Source of the DNA: Candidatus Moraniibacteriota bacterium
GTDB lineage: Bacteria > Patescibacteriota > Minisyncoccia > Moranbacterales > UBA1568
Assembly (NCBI GenBank): GCA_016699875.1
Contig: CP064989.1
Coordinates: 848,525 to 912,524, forward strand
Direction: 5' to 3'
DNA: 64,000 nucleotides
In this document: positions 1-9,383 of the stretch, one piece after another
How the letters are laid out: every line of letters begins with the position of its first letter
How positions within the stretch are numbered: position 1 is the first letter of the stretch
The notes under the pieces: generated by a model
Told to the model about the DNA's origin: nothing
Seen by the model: only the letters and a program-made list of their open reading frames with translations
Databases searched by the model: none
Made by a program: the position numbers and the translations under genes

Positions 1-1
1 T

Positions 2-622
2 TCCGCTGCCGGCGAGGCATCGTCATTTAATCCCGATGAAGCGGTGAGAGTACTTGAAGATGCTGGCTGGACGCTTGGTGATGATGGTGTGCGGGAGAAG
101 GATGGTGTGCATCTGGAGTTTGATATTGCGACGCCCAATTGGGATGAGCTTGTCAAAACGGCACATATGATAGAGAATGAATGGAATGCTATTGGCGCTC
201 ACATAACGGTGACGGTGCTGGAGAATGTCTCCGATGCTCAGCGCACGATTCGATCGCGAGACTACTCCGCATTGCTTTACGGGCTTGCTACAACGTTTGA
301 GCCGGATCCGTATTCATTCTGGCATTCGAGTCAAACGGGCGAGCTTGAGCATAACTTCGCGTTGTTTTCTGATAAGCGAGCGGATGAGTTGCTTTCGAAT
401 GCCCGTGAAGAGCTTGATGCGGATGCCCGTTCCGGAATGTACCGCGAGTTTCAGGAGATTCTTGCCGCGAGAATGCCGGCGGTGTTTCTTTATTCACCGC
501 GGTACGTGTATATACAACGCAAGAGTGTGCAAGGGTTTTCCGCTCAGGCAATTAATACTCCGGCATCCCGGTTTCAGGATGTAGCACACTGGTACATGAG
601 CACAAAACGGGTGAAGAAATAA
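2..622 (+). CDS. ABC transporter substrate-binding protein, family 5 (peptide/nickel type), C-terminal fragment; 5' end lies outside the window
   Basis: The frame is open from position 2 with no stop. The C-terminal region (..SALLYGLATTFEPDPYSFWHS..AVFLYSPRYVYIQRKSVQG) resembles the end of SBP_bac_5 family proteins such as OppA/DppA. Confidence 0.55.
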   Translation, partial: SAAGEASSFNPDEAVRVLEDAGWTLGDDGVREKDGVHLEFDIATPNWDELVKTAHMIENEWNAIGAHITVTVLENVSDAQRTIRSRDYSALLYGLATTFEPDPYSFWHSSQTGELEHNFALFSDKRADELLSNAREELDADARSGMYREFQEILAARMPAVFLYSPRYVYIQRKSVQGFSAQAINTPASRFQDVAHWYMSTKRVKK

Positions 623-628
623 ATAAGA

Positions 629-1696
629 GTGTGGTTCTACGCCTTCAAAAGATACAAGAATATGACAGACAGAATGCAGAATGCCGATCCGTCGGATTTT
701 CGGAGAATGTTGATTGAATCGCCGGGACAGTTTCGTGTAGGATTTGAGTTGGGGAAGGCGGTTTTCGTATCGGGGACGTATTCCTCGATAGAGATTTCCG
801 GTATGGGTGGGTCGGCGTTACCGGGGAATCTTCTGCGTGTTTATTTGGCGGATCTTTTCCGTCGCTTTGATGGGAAGCATCCAATTGCTATTTATCAGAA
901 TCGCTTCTACGGTCTTCCTCACGAGGCATATCAAGAAGGGTGTCTGAATTTTATTTGTTCATATTCCGGCAACACCGAAGAAACCGTCGCCGCGTTCGAG
1001 GAGGCGCTGAAGCGAAATCTGCCGTCGGTGGGCATATCGGCTGGAGGTCGAATAGAAGCACTCTGTCGCGAACACCATATTCCGCACATCAAACTCCCGA
1101 TTCCGTTTGAGAATTTCCAGCCGCGCGTCGGCACAGGGTACTTCTTTGGGGCGATATTTGGAGTGTTGGCACAGCTTGGAATGGTGACGGATACCTGTGA
1201 TGAGCTTGTTGGCGAAGCTGAGGCGGTTTCCCGGGAAATGGCTCATCTCGAGGAACAAGGAGAACTTCTTGCTGAGAAGATTGTCGGGAAGACACCGGTT
1301 ATCTATGCGGATACGCGATACAAATCCGTTGCCATGATTTGGAAAATAAAAATGAACGAAAATGCCAAAACTCCTGCGTTTTGGAATTTCTTTCCCGAGC
1401 TCAATCACAACGAGATGGTGGGATTTACGAATCCTCAGGGGAAGTTTTTTCTCATCTTGCTGCTCGACAGTGAGGGAAACGCGCAGATGCGGAAGCGATT
1501 TGAAGTTACAGCGAAAATTCTTGAGAGTCGCGGCGTATCGTCGGAAACAATAGATATGGGCGAGGGAAGCGTTTTTACGAAAATGTTTCGCATGATCTTT
1601 CTTGGTGATTGGGCGTCGTACTATTTGGCACTGCGTTACGGTGTTGATCCGACGCCGGTCGATATGGTGGAGGAGCTCAAGAAATCGTTGGCATAG
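629..1696 (+). CDS. bifunctional phosphoglucose/phosphomannose isomerase (SIS-domain, archaeal-type PGI/PMI)
   Basis: A 355-aa ORF carries an SIS-type motif (SIEISGMGGSALPG, ..CSYSGNTEET..). Its C-terminal DPTPVDMVEELK end is characteristic of the bifunctional PGI/PMI family. Confidence 0.7.
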   Translation: MWFYAFKRYKNMTDRMQNADPSDFRRMLIESPGQFRVGFELGKAVFVSGTYSSIEISGMGGSALPGNLLRVYLADLFRRFDGKHPIAIYQNRFYGLPHEAYQEGCLNFICSYSGNTEETVAAFEEALKRNLPSVGISAGGRIEALCREHHIPHIKLPIPFENFQPRVGTGYFFGAIFGVLAQLGMVTDTCDELVGEAEAVSREMAHLEEQGELLAEKIVGKTPVIYADTRYKSVAMIWKIKMNENAKTPAFWNFFPELNHNEMVGFTNPQGKFFLILLLDSEGNAQMRKRFEVTAKILESRGVSSETIDMGEGSVFTKMFRMIFLGDWASYYLALRYGVDPTPVDMVEELKKSLA

Positions 1697-1821
1697 TTTT
1701 TGGAGAGAGCTTCGTGTATCCGGGATATTTTGTGTGTGGCAGGTTAGGTTATTGTGCATTGATGGTGTAGATGAGTGCGCCCCTGATCCGGGTCGGTTCT
1801 TTGGATAAAGAAAGGTAGTAA

Positions 1822-1905
<84 letters not shown>

Positions 1906-2064
1906 CACCGATAGCAATGACTTTGTTGTGCTAAAATGTTTGGAATTGCGAGTGTATGCCTGGTCGATGGCAGATACTCTTCTTCCTTCTTTGTCGCATG
2001 CTTGTGCGGCTCTCACAGTGTTTTTGCTTTTTCATTTGGTAATTGCAGTTTTTATTTTTTGCAT

Positions 2065-4347
2065 ATGACAGAATCATCATCTTTATCTCCCGCTTCGAGC
2101 GATTTTACTCCCGGGAGCTCGAGGCGTCCGCGGAATTTTCCGCGAAGGAGATCGTTTGGCGCAAATGATCAAAATAAACAGGGGATTCGTTCGGATCGAT
2201 CCGGCGAAGCGTCAGGCTCTCGAAATCATCATCGGGGAAGTTTTTCCCGCCACAATGTCAGCGGAGGTCGAACAAGTGAGTCCGGAAGGAAACCACTTGA
2301 CTTAGGATCTATCTCATCATTTTTGGCAGAGCCACTTCGCAATATCTCTTTCGAGCGGGATCGGAAATTTGTTGCCGCATCGGATATGGCAACATCGAAC
2401 CAGCTGGGAGCGCGCTTGCAAAGACCGGAGAGATCCCGAGAGAGCCAGCCGATGCCTCATTCAGGGAATCGTCGCACGGATCGCCCGAGAAAATCAATGC
2501 ATGCCAATAGATCGAGATCGGTCAACCGCTCGGCGGAAGCGTCGGATGATACCGTATCAATGTCGAAACAAACCGCACGTAAGTTTGCGGCGTCGCGACG
2601 GGAGCCAAAGCCGTTTCTCTTTGATCGGAACGAGGGCGGGACAGTGCCTCCTATCGGTAAGGGACTGCTTCGTGTTATTCCTGTTGGCGGTCAGGAGGAA
2701 GTCGGTCGAAACATGACGATATTCGAATATGAAAACGATATCGTGATTATCGACATGGGTGTGCAGTGGCCGGAGGCGGACATGCCCGGCATCGACTACA
2801 TCGTGCCGAATATCAGTTATCTCAGGGGGAAGGAAAAAAATATCCGCGGCGTAATTTTTACGCACGGGCACCTCGATCATATCGGCGCGGCGCCTATTCT
2901 TCTCAAAGAATTGAACTACCCGCCGATTATCGGTCGCGATTTGACCATTGCTCTTGTCAAACGAAAAGTGGAGGATCATGAACAGGGTTCCACTTCTCGT
3001 CTCAAGATCGTGCCAGTTCGCTCGCTGGCCGATGTGATACAGCTGGGCGTCTTTCGGGCGAAGTTCTTCGAGGTAGAACATTCTATCATGGATGCGGTGG
3101 GCGTTGTTCTCGAGACGCCGGAGGGATCGATCATTCACATGGGTGACTGGACTATTGGTCGGGACCCGATCAATCCCAAGCCGATTACGTATACGCATCT
3201 TGCCGATCTCCCCAAGCCTACAATACTGATGCTTGAAAGTCTGGGCGCGCTCAAGTCCGGAGATTCGCCGTCGGAGCGGGAAGTGCACCGGAATTTGCAG
3301 CATCTTTTGGAGAGTGCGCCGGGACGCATTATTCTCGCGACGTTTGCTTCACAAGTGCAGCGTATCGCGTATATCATCGAATATGCCGAGCGCATCGGGA
3401 AGAAAGTGGCGCTCGAGGGTTACAGCATGAAGATGAACATGGAAATCGCCAAGGAGCTCGGGTATCTCAAGGCGAAGAAGGAGACTATCATTACCGTGAA
3501 TGATATTCATAAGTATCCGGACAATCAGGTGTTGGTGATTTGCACCGGAGCACAGGGCGAACTTAATGCAGCACTTTCGAAAATTGTCACGGACAACCAC
3601 CGATTTATCAAGCTGCAGAAGAAGGACACGATTGTATTTTCGTCATCGGTGATTCCGGGAAATGAGCGGAGTATACAGCGGCTCAAGGACAATCTCTACC
3701 GAAAGTGCGACAACGTGCTTCATAGCGAGACGCTCGATGCGCAGGGTATTCATCTTGATATTCATATTGGCGGGCATTCGACGGCAAAAGGTATCGAAGA
3801 GATGCTCCGGCAGGTGCGCCCGACATTTTTCTTGCCGGTCTATGCCAATCACTACTTCCTCAAGGAGGCGGCAAAGATTGCGAGTCGAATCGGATTTCCG
3901 GAGAATCGGGTCTTCGTACTTGACAACGGAGGCATTCTCGAAGTGGCGAAAGGCGAAGCAAAAGTGTTTCCAAAGAAGGCGGATTCAAGCTATGTATTCA
4001 TTGATGGGCTCGGCGTCGGCGATATCGGACATGTGGTGTTGCGGGATCGGCAGATGCTCGCTCAGGACGGCATGATCGTTATCACAGTGGTCATCGATTC
4101 GAAGACAAAGAAAATAATAGGTTCGATACAGATTACGTCGCGCGGATTTATTCATGTAAAAGAAAATTTTGATTTGGTGAATGAGACAAAACGAAAGGTG
4201 ACAAAAATTGTGAAAGATTCTACGTCGAAAGACACGTCACTTGATTGGAATCTTGTGAAGAACAATATTCGTGATACCGTTGGACAGTTTCTCTTCATAA
4301 AGACCGAGCGCCGACCGATGGTCTTACCGGTTATTGTCGAGGCATAA
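2065..4347 (+). CDS. rnj: ribonuclease J (metallo-beta-lactamase / beta-CASP) with a long N-terminal R/S-rich low-complexity extension
   Basis: RNase J hallmarks are present: LRVIPVGGQEEVGRNMTIFEYENDIVIIDMG, the HxHxDH motif FTHGHLDHIGA, and a beta-CASP region. The table ORF begins at 1936 but its first 43 aa are Cys/Phe-rich and start only 30 nt after the tRNA. I prefer the internal ATG at 2065 (Met44). The true start may be further downstream, since the canonical RNase J core begins near aa ~240. Confidence 0.8.
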   Translation: MTESSSLSPASSDFTPGSSRRPRNFPRRRSFGANDQNKQGIRSDRSGEASGSRNHHRGSFSRHNVSGGRTSESGRKPLDLGSISSFLAEPLRNISFERDRKFVAASDMATSNQLGARLQRPERSRESQPMPHSGNRRTDRPRKSMHANRSRSVNRSAEASDDTVSMSKQTARKFAASRREPKPFLFDRNEGGTVPPIGKGLLRVIPVGGQEEVGRNMTIFEYENDIVIIDMGVQWPEADMPGIDYIVPNISYLRGKEKNIRGVIFTHGHLDHIGAAPILLKELNYPPIIGRDLTIALVKRKVEDHEQGSTSRLKIVPVRSLADVIQLGVFRAKFFEVEHSIMDAVGVVLETPEGSIIHMGDWTIGRDPINPKPITYTHLADLPKPTILMLESLGALKSGDSPSEREVHRNLQHLLESAPGRIILATFASQVQRIAYIIEYAERIGKKVALEGYSMKMNMEIAKELGYLKAKKETIITVNDIHKYPDNQVLVICTGAQGELNAALSKIVTDNHRFIKLQKKDTIVFSSSVIPGNERSIQRLKDNLYRKCDNVLHSETLDAQGIHLDIHIGGHSTAKGIEEMLRQVRPTFFLPVYANHYFLKEAAKIASRIGFPENRVFVLDNGGILEVAKGEAKVFPKKADSSYVFIDGLGVGDIGHVVLRDRQMLAQDGMIVITVVIDSKTKKIIGSIQITSRGFIHVKENFDLVNETKRKVTKIVKDSTSKDTSLDWNLVKNNIRDTVGQFLFIKTERRPMVLPVIVEA

Positions 4348-4374
4348 GCATTGAACGACAGCGTATGCAAATAG

Positions 4375-4410
4375 AGGGGGTTTCGATGTATCTGTCGAAC
4401 CCCTTTTGTT
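4375..4410 (+). terminator. putative rho-independent terminator after rnj
   Basis: A GC-rich hairpin (GAGGGGGTTTCGA .. TCGAACCCC) is followed by TTTTGTTG, about 28 nt after the rnj stop. Confidence 0.45.
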
Positions 4411-4591
4411 GTCTCAAGCAATGTTCCGAATGGGCGGTGATGTCTGTCCATATGGAATGGCGGTCTTTATGCTTCAGTAGTAGCTATGAGATTTCTCGGT
4501 TACGATCGGGATGACAGAAACAAGGGATACGTTAGGCAACTACGGAGGCTTACGTACGAATTTTCTGAAATGATATACTGGAGGCATCTCT

Positions 4592-7114
4592 TTGCAATTT
4601 TCTATGAAACAATCAGAACCCTCTTCGCCTGAGGAGCTGCTTCTCGGACTGTCATCCCATGAGGCGCATGATCGCTTGGAGCGATTTGGCGAGAATGTTC
4701 TTTCACCTCGCCGGCGTATAAACCCGGTTCTTGCATTTTTCAGGGAGTTTTCGAGTCCACTTCTCATTATTCTCCTGGCGGTTTCTTTCGTTTCCTTCTT
4801 CTTTCTCGGGCAGCGAACCAATGCGACGATTATCTTTGCTATGGTATTAATCTCGGCGGTTGTCGACTTTGCCAATACGTTCCGGTCGGAGCGTGCCGTG
4901 GAGCGACTTGCGGAGCGCGTGCGAACACTCTCTCGCGTGCGTCGCGACGGCAAAGAAAGAGAAGTTGATGCCAGAAGTCTTGTTCCGGACGATATCGTAC
5001 TCCTCTCTGCGGGGAGTCTCATTCCGGCGGATGCGGACGTACTTGAAGCTCGAGACTTTTTCGTTAATCAGTCGGCGTTTACCGGCGAATCATTTCCGGC
5101 GGAAAAGCGTCCGCTGGGCAATCGAACGCAGGCGGAACGCCTGACTGAACGGGACGACCGAGTATTTATGGGCACAAGTGTCGTGTCCGGATTTGCAACC
5201 GTTCGTGTCGCTTTGACGGGAGCACAGACGGAATATGGGAAAATTGCCTCGGGTGTTTCCCGGGAGAAAAGCGAGACTGATTTTGAACGGAATATTCGCG
5301 GATTCAGTCTCTTCGTGATGCGCCTCAACTTTGTACTGGTCGGGCTGGTGCTTTTGGTGAATACGCTTCTGGGACGAGACTTTATCGAGTCATTGACATT
5401 CTCAATTGCAATCGCTATCGGACTGACGCCTGAGCTTCTACCGGTCATGCTCTCGGTTTCACTCGCGCGCGGATCGGTACGCATGGCAAAGAAGCATGCT
5501 ATCGTTAAGAATCTTTCGTCCATACAAAATTTTGGCAGCATGACGGTGCTTTGTACCGACAAAACAGGAACGCTTACGCAAGACAAGATCACGCTCATCA
5601 AGCACATCGACGGAGATGGACATGACTCTGAAGAGGTATTCTTTTATTCGTATCTCAACAGTGCTTATCAAACAGGAGTTAAGAATCCGCTTGATCGGGC
5701 GATTGTGGAACACGGAAAGCCGGATATATCCTCCTATGAAAAAGTGGATGAAGTGCCGTTTGACTTTGTGCGGCGTCGTGAGTCTCTGGTGGTGGCGAAT
5801 CGCGGCAAGAAGATATTGACTACCAAGGGCGCTCCAGAGCACGTGCTTCCCATCGTGTCGTCTATCCGTATTGCCGGGAAAGACGTGGCGATAGATGAAG
5901 ATCGACAGAGAGCTCTTCGGGAATCGGCGGAGACTCTCTTCGGAGAAGGGTTTCGCGTTTTGGCGATTGCCACGAAGACACTCGATGCTGATGATTACAC
6001 TTACGATGCTGCTGATGAGTCGGACATGACATTTGTCGGGTTTGCCGCATTTCTCGACCCGCCAAAGAAAGATGCGATGCAAACCATTCGCGAGCTATCC
6101 GATGTTGGTGTCGCGGTAAAGATTCTTACGGGAGACAGCGATACGCTGACACGGAAAATCTGCGCGGATATCGGTATACCGGTTCTGGGAACCGTACTCG
6201 GGAAAGATATCGATCGGCTGTCTGAGTCAGAAGTGGCAAAACTCGCGCTTAAGACCACGATATTTGCCCGTGTGACGCCGGCAGAGAAAGAGCGTATTAT
6301 TCAAGCGCTTCGCACGCTCCCTGACACGGTGGTCGGCTATATGGGCGATGGCATCAATGATGTAACGGCGCTGCATGCCGCTGACATCGGTATATCGGTT
6401 GAGAATGCGGTCCCGGTTGCCAAGGATGCGGCGAATATTATTCTCCTCGAGAAGAGCTTCTCGGTGCTCAAAGACGGTATTGAGGAGGGAAGGAAGACCT
6501 TTCAAAACACACTCAAATATATTCGCATGTGGATCTCATCGAACTTTGGCAATATGTTTTCGATGATGGGCGCCTCGGCTATCTTGCCGTTTCTTCCGAT
6601 GAGTCCGCAGCAGATTCTTCTCAATAACTTTCTCTACGATTCCTCTCAGGTGGGACTGCCGATGGATCGCGTGGATCGAGAATCTATCACGCGTCCTGCG
6701 CGGTGGGACTTCAGTGGCATACGCCGATTCATGATTATCTTTGGCACGATCAGTTCAGTGTTCGATTTCCTGACATTTGGTGTGCTCTTTCTTTTCTTTG
6801 GACTCAATGAGGGTGTCTTTCAAACGGGATGGTTTTTGGAATCGCTTGCGACACAGGTGCTTGTCATATTCATTGTTCGCACGAGGCACATCCCGTTTTT
6901 CCGAAGCGTGCCGGGAGGATTTCTCATTGCCAATGCGCTTCTTGTCGTTGCAACCGGCTGGCTCATCGCGCTTTCGCCGTTTGGGCGCATATTCGGTTTC
7001 GAGCTTCTGCCGATACCGGTTTTTCTCTCAGTGGTTGGCATCACGATCGCTTATCTCCTCTCGGTTGAAATTGCCAAGCGCATCTTCGAAAAGACCGTTC
7101 GTCTGGAAGGTTGA
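4592..7114 (+). CDS. mgtA: magnesium-translocating P-type ATPase (MgtA/MgtB type)
   Basis: The ORF is 840 aa. It has the P-type ATPase phosphorylation motif CTDKTGTLTQ, the hinge motif GDGINDVTALHAADIGISV, the TGES actuator motif, and an MgtA-like C-terminal membrane region (LLNNFLYDSSQVGLPMDRVD). Confidence 0.85.
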   Translation: MQFSMKQSEPSSPEELLLGLSSHEAHDRLERFGENVLSPRRRINPVLAFFREFSSPLLIILLAVSFVSFFFLGQRTNATIIFAMVLISAVVDFANTFRSERAVERLAERVRTLSRVRRDGKEREVDARSLVPDDIVLLSAGSLIPADADVLEARDFFVNQSAFTGESFPAEKRPLGNRTQAERLTERDDRVFMGTSVVSGFATVRVALTGAQTEYGKIASGVSREKSETDFERNIRGFSLFVMRLNFVLVGLVLLVNTLLGRDFIESLTFSIAIAIGLTPELLPVMLSVSLARGSVRMAKKHAIVKNLSSIQNFGSMTVLCTDKTGTLTQDKITLIKHIDGDGHDSEEVFFYSYLNSAYQTGVKNPLDRAIVEHGKPDISSYEKVDEVPFDFVRRRESLVVANRGKKILTTKGAPEHVLPIVSSIRIAGKDVAIDEDRQRALRESAETLFGEGFRVLAIATKTLDADDYTYDAADESDMTFVGFAAFLDPPKKDAMQTIRELSDVGVAVKILTGDSDTLTRKICADIGIPVLGTVLGKDIDRLSESEVAKLALKTTIFARVTPAEKERIIQALRTLPDTVVGYMGDGINDVTALHAADIGISVENAVPVAKDAANIILLEKSFSVLKDGIEEGRKTFQNTLKYIRMWISSNFGNMFSMMGASAILPFLPMSPQQILLNNFLYDSSQVGLPMDRVDRESITRPARWDFSGIRRFMIIFGTISSVFDFLTFGVLFLFFGLNEGVFQTGWFLESLATQVLVIFIVRTRHIPFFRSVPGGFLIANALLVVATGWLIALSPFGRIFGFELLPIPVFLSVVGITIAYLLSVEIAKRIFEKTVRLEG

Positions 7115-7199
7115 ATTTGCTATCCAACCATTGACGGTGGATGATGACTATGTTACAGTGTTGCATGGGGAATCCCAATCACTTTCGAGGAGGTGTGAT

Positions 7200-7457
7200 A
7201 TGCAAGCACAATTTGTTCCTTTTGATTTTTTTGGAGACCTGTTTTTTGGAAGGATTTGGCACTTGGATCGTTGGAGGGAATTGCTGGCGGTATACCACAG
7301 CGCAACGCCTGGCAGCTTCATGAGCGCAGTCAGATCGGATGATATTGGAGAGGACGTTCCGAGTTTCACGCTTAATTCAGACAAATCTCAAGTCACTCTA
7401 GAGGAATGGGCAAAAAGTAACGGCATGTTTGATGAATTGATGTCTATTGGTGAATGA
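7200..7457 (+). CDS. hypothetical small protein (85 aa)
   Basis: An ATG is preceded by GGAGG at about 8-nt spacing, in the intergenic region after mgtA. It is the in-frame tail of table ORF 6777..7457, whose 5' part overlaps mgtA and is rejected. No family was recognised. Confidence 0.25.
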   Translation: MQAQFVPFDFFGDLFFGRIWHLDRWRELLAVYHSATPGSFMSAVRSDDIGEDVPSFTLNSDKSQVTLEEWAKSNGMFDELMSIGE

Positions 7458-7463
7458 ATGTTC

Positions 7464-7500
7464 GGACCCTGCAGGATGAATCTTGTAGGGTCTTGATTTT
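7464..7500 (+). terminator. possible hairpin terminator
   Basis: GGACCCT..AGGGTC stem followed by TTGATTTT, upstream of dus. Confidence 0.3.
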
Positions 7501-7530
7501 GCGTTTTACTGAGGAATTGCGTACACTGTC

Positions 7531-8508
7531 TTGACTATGAGGAAGAATTTTTGGCAGGAGTTGCCGAAGCCGTTCTTTGCACTTGCGCCGATGGCGGGAG
7601 TGACGGATACGGTGTTTCGGCAAATTATTGCGCGACGTGCGAAACCGGATGTGTTCTGGACAGAGTTTGTGTCGTGTGACGGAATATGTTCACGCGGGCG
7701 CGAAGCTCTCCTGCGGGATTTTATCTTTACAGAAATCGAGCGGCCGATCGTAGCGCAAGTATTTGGAGCGACGCCGAAACATTTCTACGAGACAGCGCGG
7801 CTCGTTGTTTCGCTTGGATTTGATGGCATCGATATCAATATGGGGTGCCCGGACAAAGCGGTGGTGGCGCAGGGCGCGGGCGCCGCACTCATCCGAACGC
7901 CGGAACTTGCGCGCGATATTATCAGCGCTACGAGAGAAGGTATCATGTCTGCCGGTTCCTCGATGTCTCTTTCGGTGAAGACGCGAACCGGATTCGATCG
8001 CGATGAAGTGGACACCTGGATTCCAACACTGCTCGATATGCAGCTTGACGCGCTCACGATTCACGCGCGGACCAAGAAAGAGCTGTCGGATGTGCCAGCC
8101 CGTTGGGACGATGTCGCGCGAGTGGTTTCGCTCGCGCGAGGTACGGACACGCTTGTCATCGGTAATGGTGATGTGCGCGATCTCGCCGATGCAAAGCAAA
8201 AGGCGAATGAAACGGGCGCCGATGGCGTGATGATGGGTCGCGCAATATTTGGAAATCCGTGGGCATTTGAAAAAAACGGAAAAATTCCAACCGTTCAAGA
8301 AAAAATCCGGGCGCTTGTCGAGCATACGCGCCTCTATGAGGAAACCTGGGGGAGTACCAAGAGTTTCGATCTTATGAAGAAACACTACAAAGCGTATGCG
8401 AACGGCTTTTCGAATGCGTCGGATCTTCGTGTGCAACTGATGCTCTGTCGAGACGCTGATGAAGTGGCGAGTGTTGTTGAAAGTTTTCTACACGCAACAA
8501 CCATATGA
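7531..8508 (+). CDS. dus: tRNA-dihydrouridine synthase (Dus family, TIM barrel)
   Basis: The N-terminal FALAPMAGVTDTVFRQI motif, a conserved Cys in ..NMGCPDKAV.., and the overall 325-aa length fit the DusB/DusA-like family. Confidence 0.85.
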   Translation: MTMRKNFWQELPKPFFALAPMAGVTDTVFRQIIARRAKPDVFWTEFVSCDGICSRGREALLRDFIFTEIERPIVAQVFGATPKHFYETARLVVSLGFDGIDINMGCPDKAVVAQGAGAALIRTPELARDIISATREGIMSAGSSMSLSVKTRTGFDRDEVDTWIPTLLDMQLDALTIHARTKKELSDVPARWDDVARVVSLARGTDTLVIGNGDVRDLADAKQKANETGADGVMMGRAIFGNPWAFEKNGKIPTVQEKIRALVEHTRLYEETWGSTKSFDLMKKHYKAYANGFSNASDLRVQLMLCRDADEVASVVESFLHATTI

Positions 8509-8783
8509 AAGCAACCTTTTCTGATCGGGTGCGCGCTGTGGTGGCGCGGATTCCCAGAGGCGAGACGATGACCTACAAACAGGTAGCGGAATGTGCGGGG
8601 AGTCCACGTGCTTTTCGTGCGGTCGGAAATATTCTCAACAAGAATTATGATCCGAGTATTCCATGCCACCGCGTCGTCCGAAGCGATGGAAGCACTGGCG
8701 GATACAATCGTGGTGCGGAGAAGAAGCGGGAGATATTGCAGGAGGAACGTTTCGATCTCGACAAGACAGTGCGAGAATGTTAA
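8505..8783 (+). CDS. methylated-DNA-[protein]-cysteine S-methyltransferase family protein (MGMT active-site/DNA-binding domain only, 92 aa)
   Basis: It contains the MGMT signature IPCHRVV, with the acceptor Cys in PCHR, plus an HTH-like segment YKQVAECAGSPRAFRAVGNI. Its start overlaps the dus stop (ATGA). Confidence 0.65.
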   Translation: MKATFSDRVRAVVARIPRGETMTYKQVAECAGSPRAFRAVGNILNKNYDPSIPCHRVVRSDGSTGGYNRGAEKKREILQEERFDLDKTVREC

Positions 8784-8823
8784 TGTGCGACTACTGTTCT
8801 TAACCAACTGAAAGGAGTGTTTC

Positions 8824-9129
8824 ATGAGTACCTTTTATGGTGGCTTGCTTGGGTTGGATGAAAATTCTTTGTATGATCTTGGAAGAGTGATAGGCGAAAT
8901 ATCAGAAAAAAGACCTGATATTACCCACCGAATACTTGTTGGTATTCGAGATGGGATGGTAGATGCCAAGTCCTTTTCTGGGTATGGGTTTGGTGAACTA
9001 CTAGAAGCACTGGAGCGGCATTATCGGTCTTCTTGCTCTATTAATCAAGATGTTGCTCCTTCTATCCCGTTTGTGAAGTCGAACACCCTCTCAGGTTCTG
9101 GGAGGCTTCGGTTTCAAATAATTCCTTGA
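8824..9129 (+). CDS. hypothetical protein (101 aa)
   Basis: An AAAGGAG Shine-Dalgarno precedes the ATG. No family was recognised. Confidence 0.4.
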   Translation: MSTFYGGLLGLDENSLYDLGRVIGEISEKRPDITHRILVGIRDGMVDAKSFSGYGFGELLEALERHYRSSCSINQDVAPSIPFVKSNTLSGSGRLRFQIIP

Positions 9130-9383
9130 AAGCGTTCATCTGAAAGGTTGCCAGTGCCGATATCGTCTCATAATGTCGTAATTGATGTAAGTGACAGCCT
9201 GTACAGATATGCGAAGGAGCAGGCGGGTAAGCCGTTTGATCCGAATACACCGCGCGTGACGGAAAAAGAAAGGAGAATCCTAAGAAATGGTCGGCTGTCG
9301 AAAGAATGAAAACTAAGGTGGAAATCCAATAAGAGTGTTGTCTTGGGAGTATAATTGCGCTACACTGTTCAATCAGTTGTAGC

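Noticed and set aside
2557-3303. 248-aa minus-strand ORF, plus the other small ORFs inside rnj
   Set aside because: It is antisense to RNase J, which has unmistakable HxHxDH and beta-CASP motifs.
6777-7199. 5' two-thirds of the table ORF 6777..7457
   Set aside because: It overlaps the 3' end of mgtA in a different frame. Only the part after the SD-preceded ATG at 7200 was kept, as a low-confidence small ORF.
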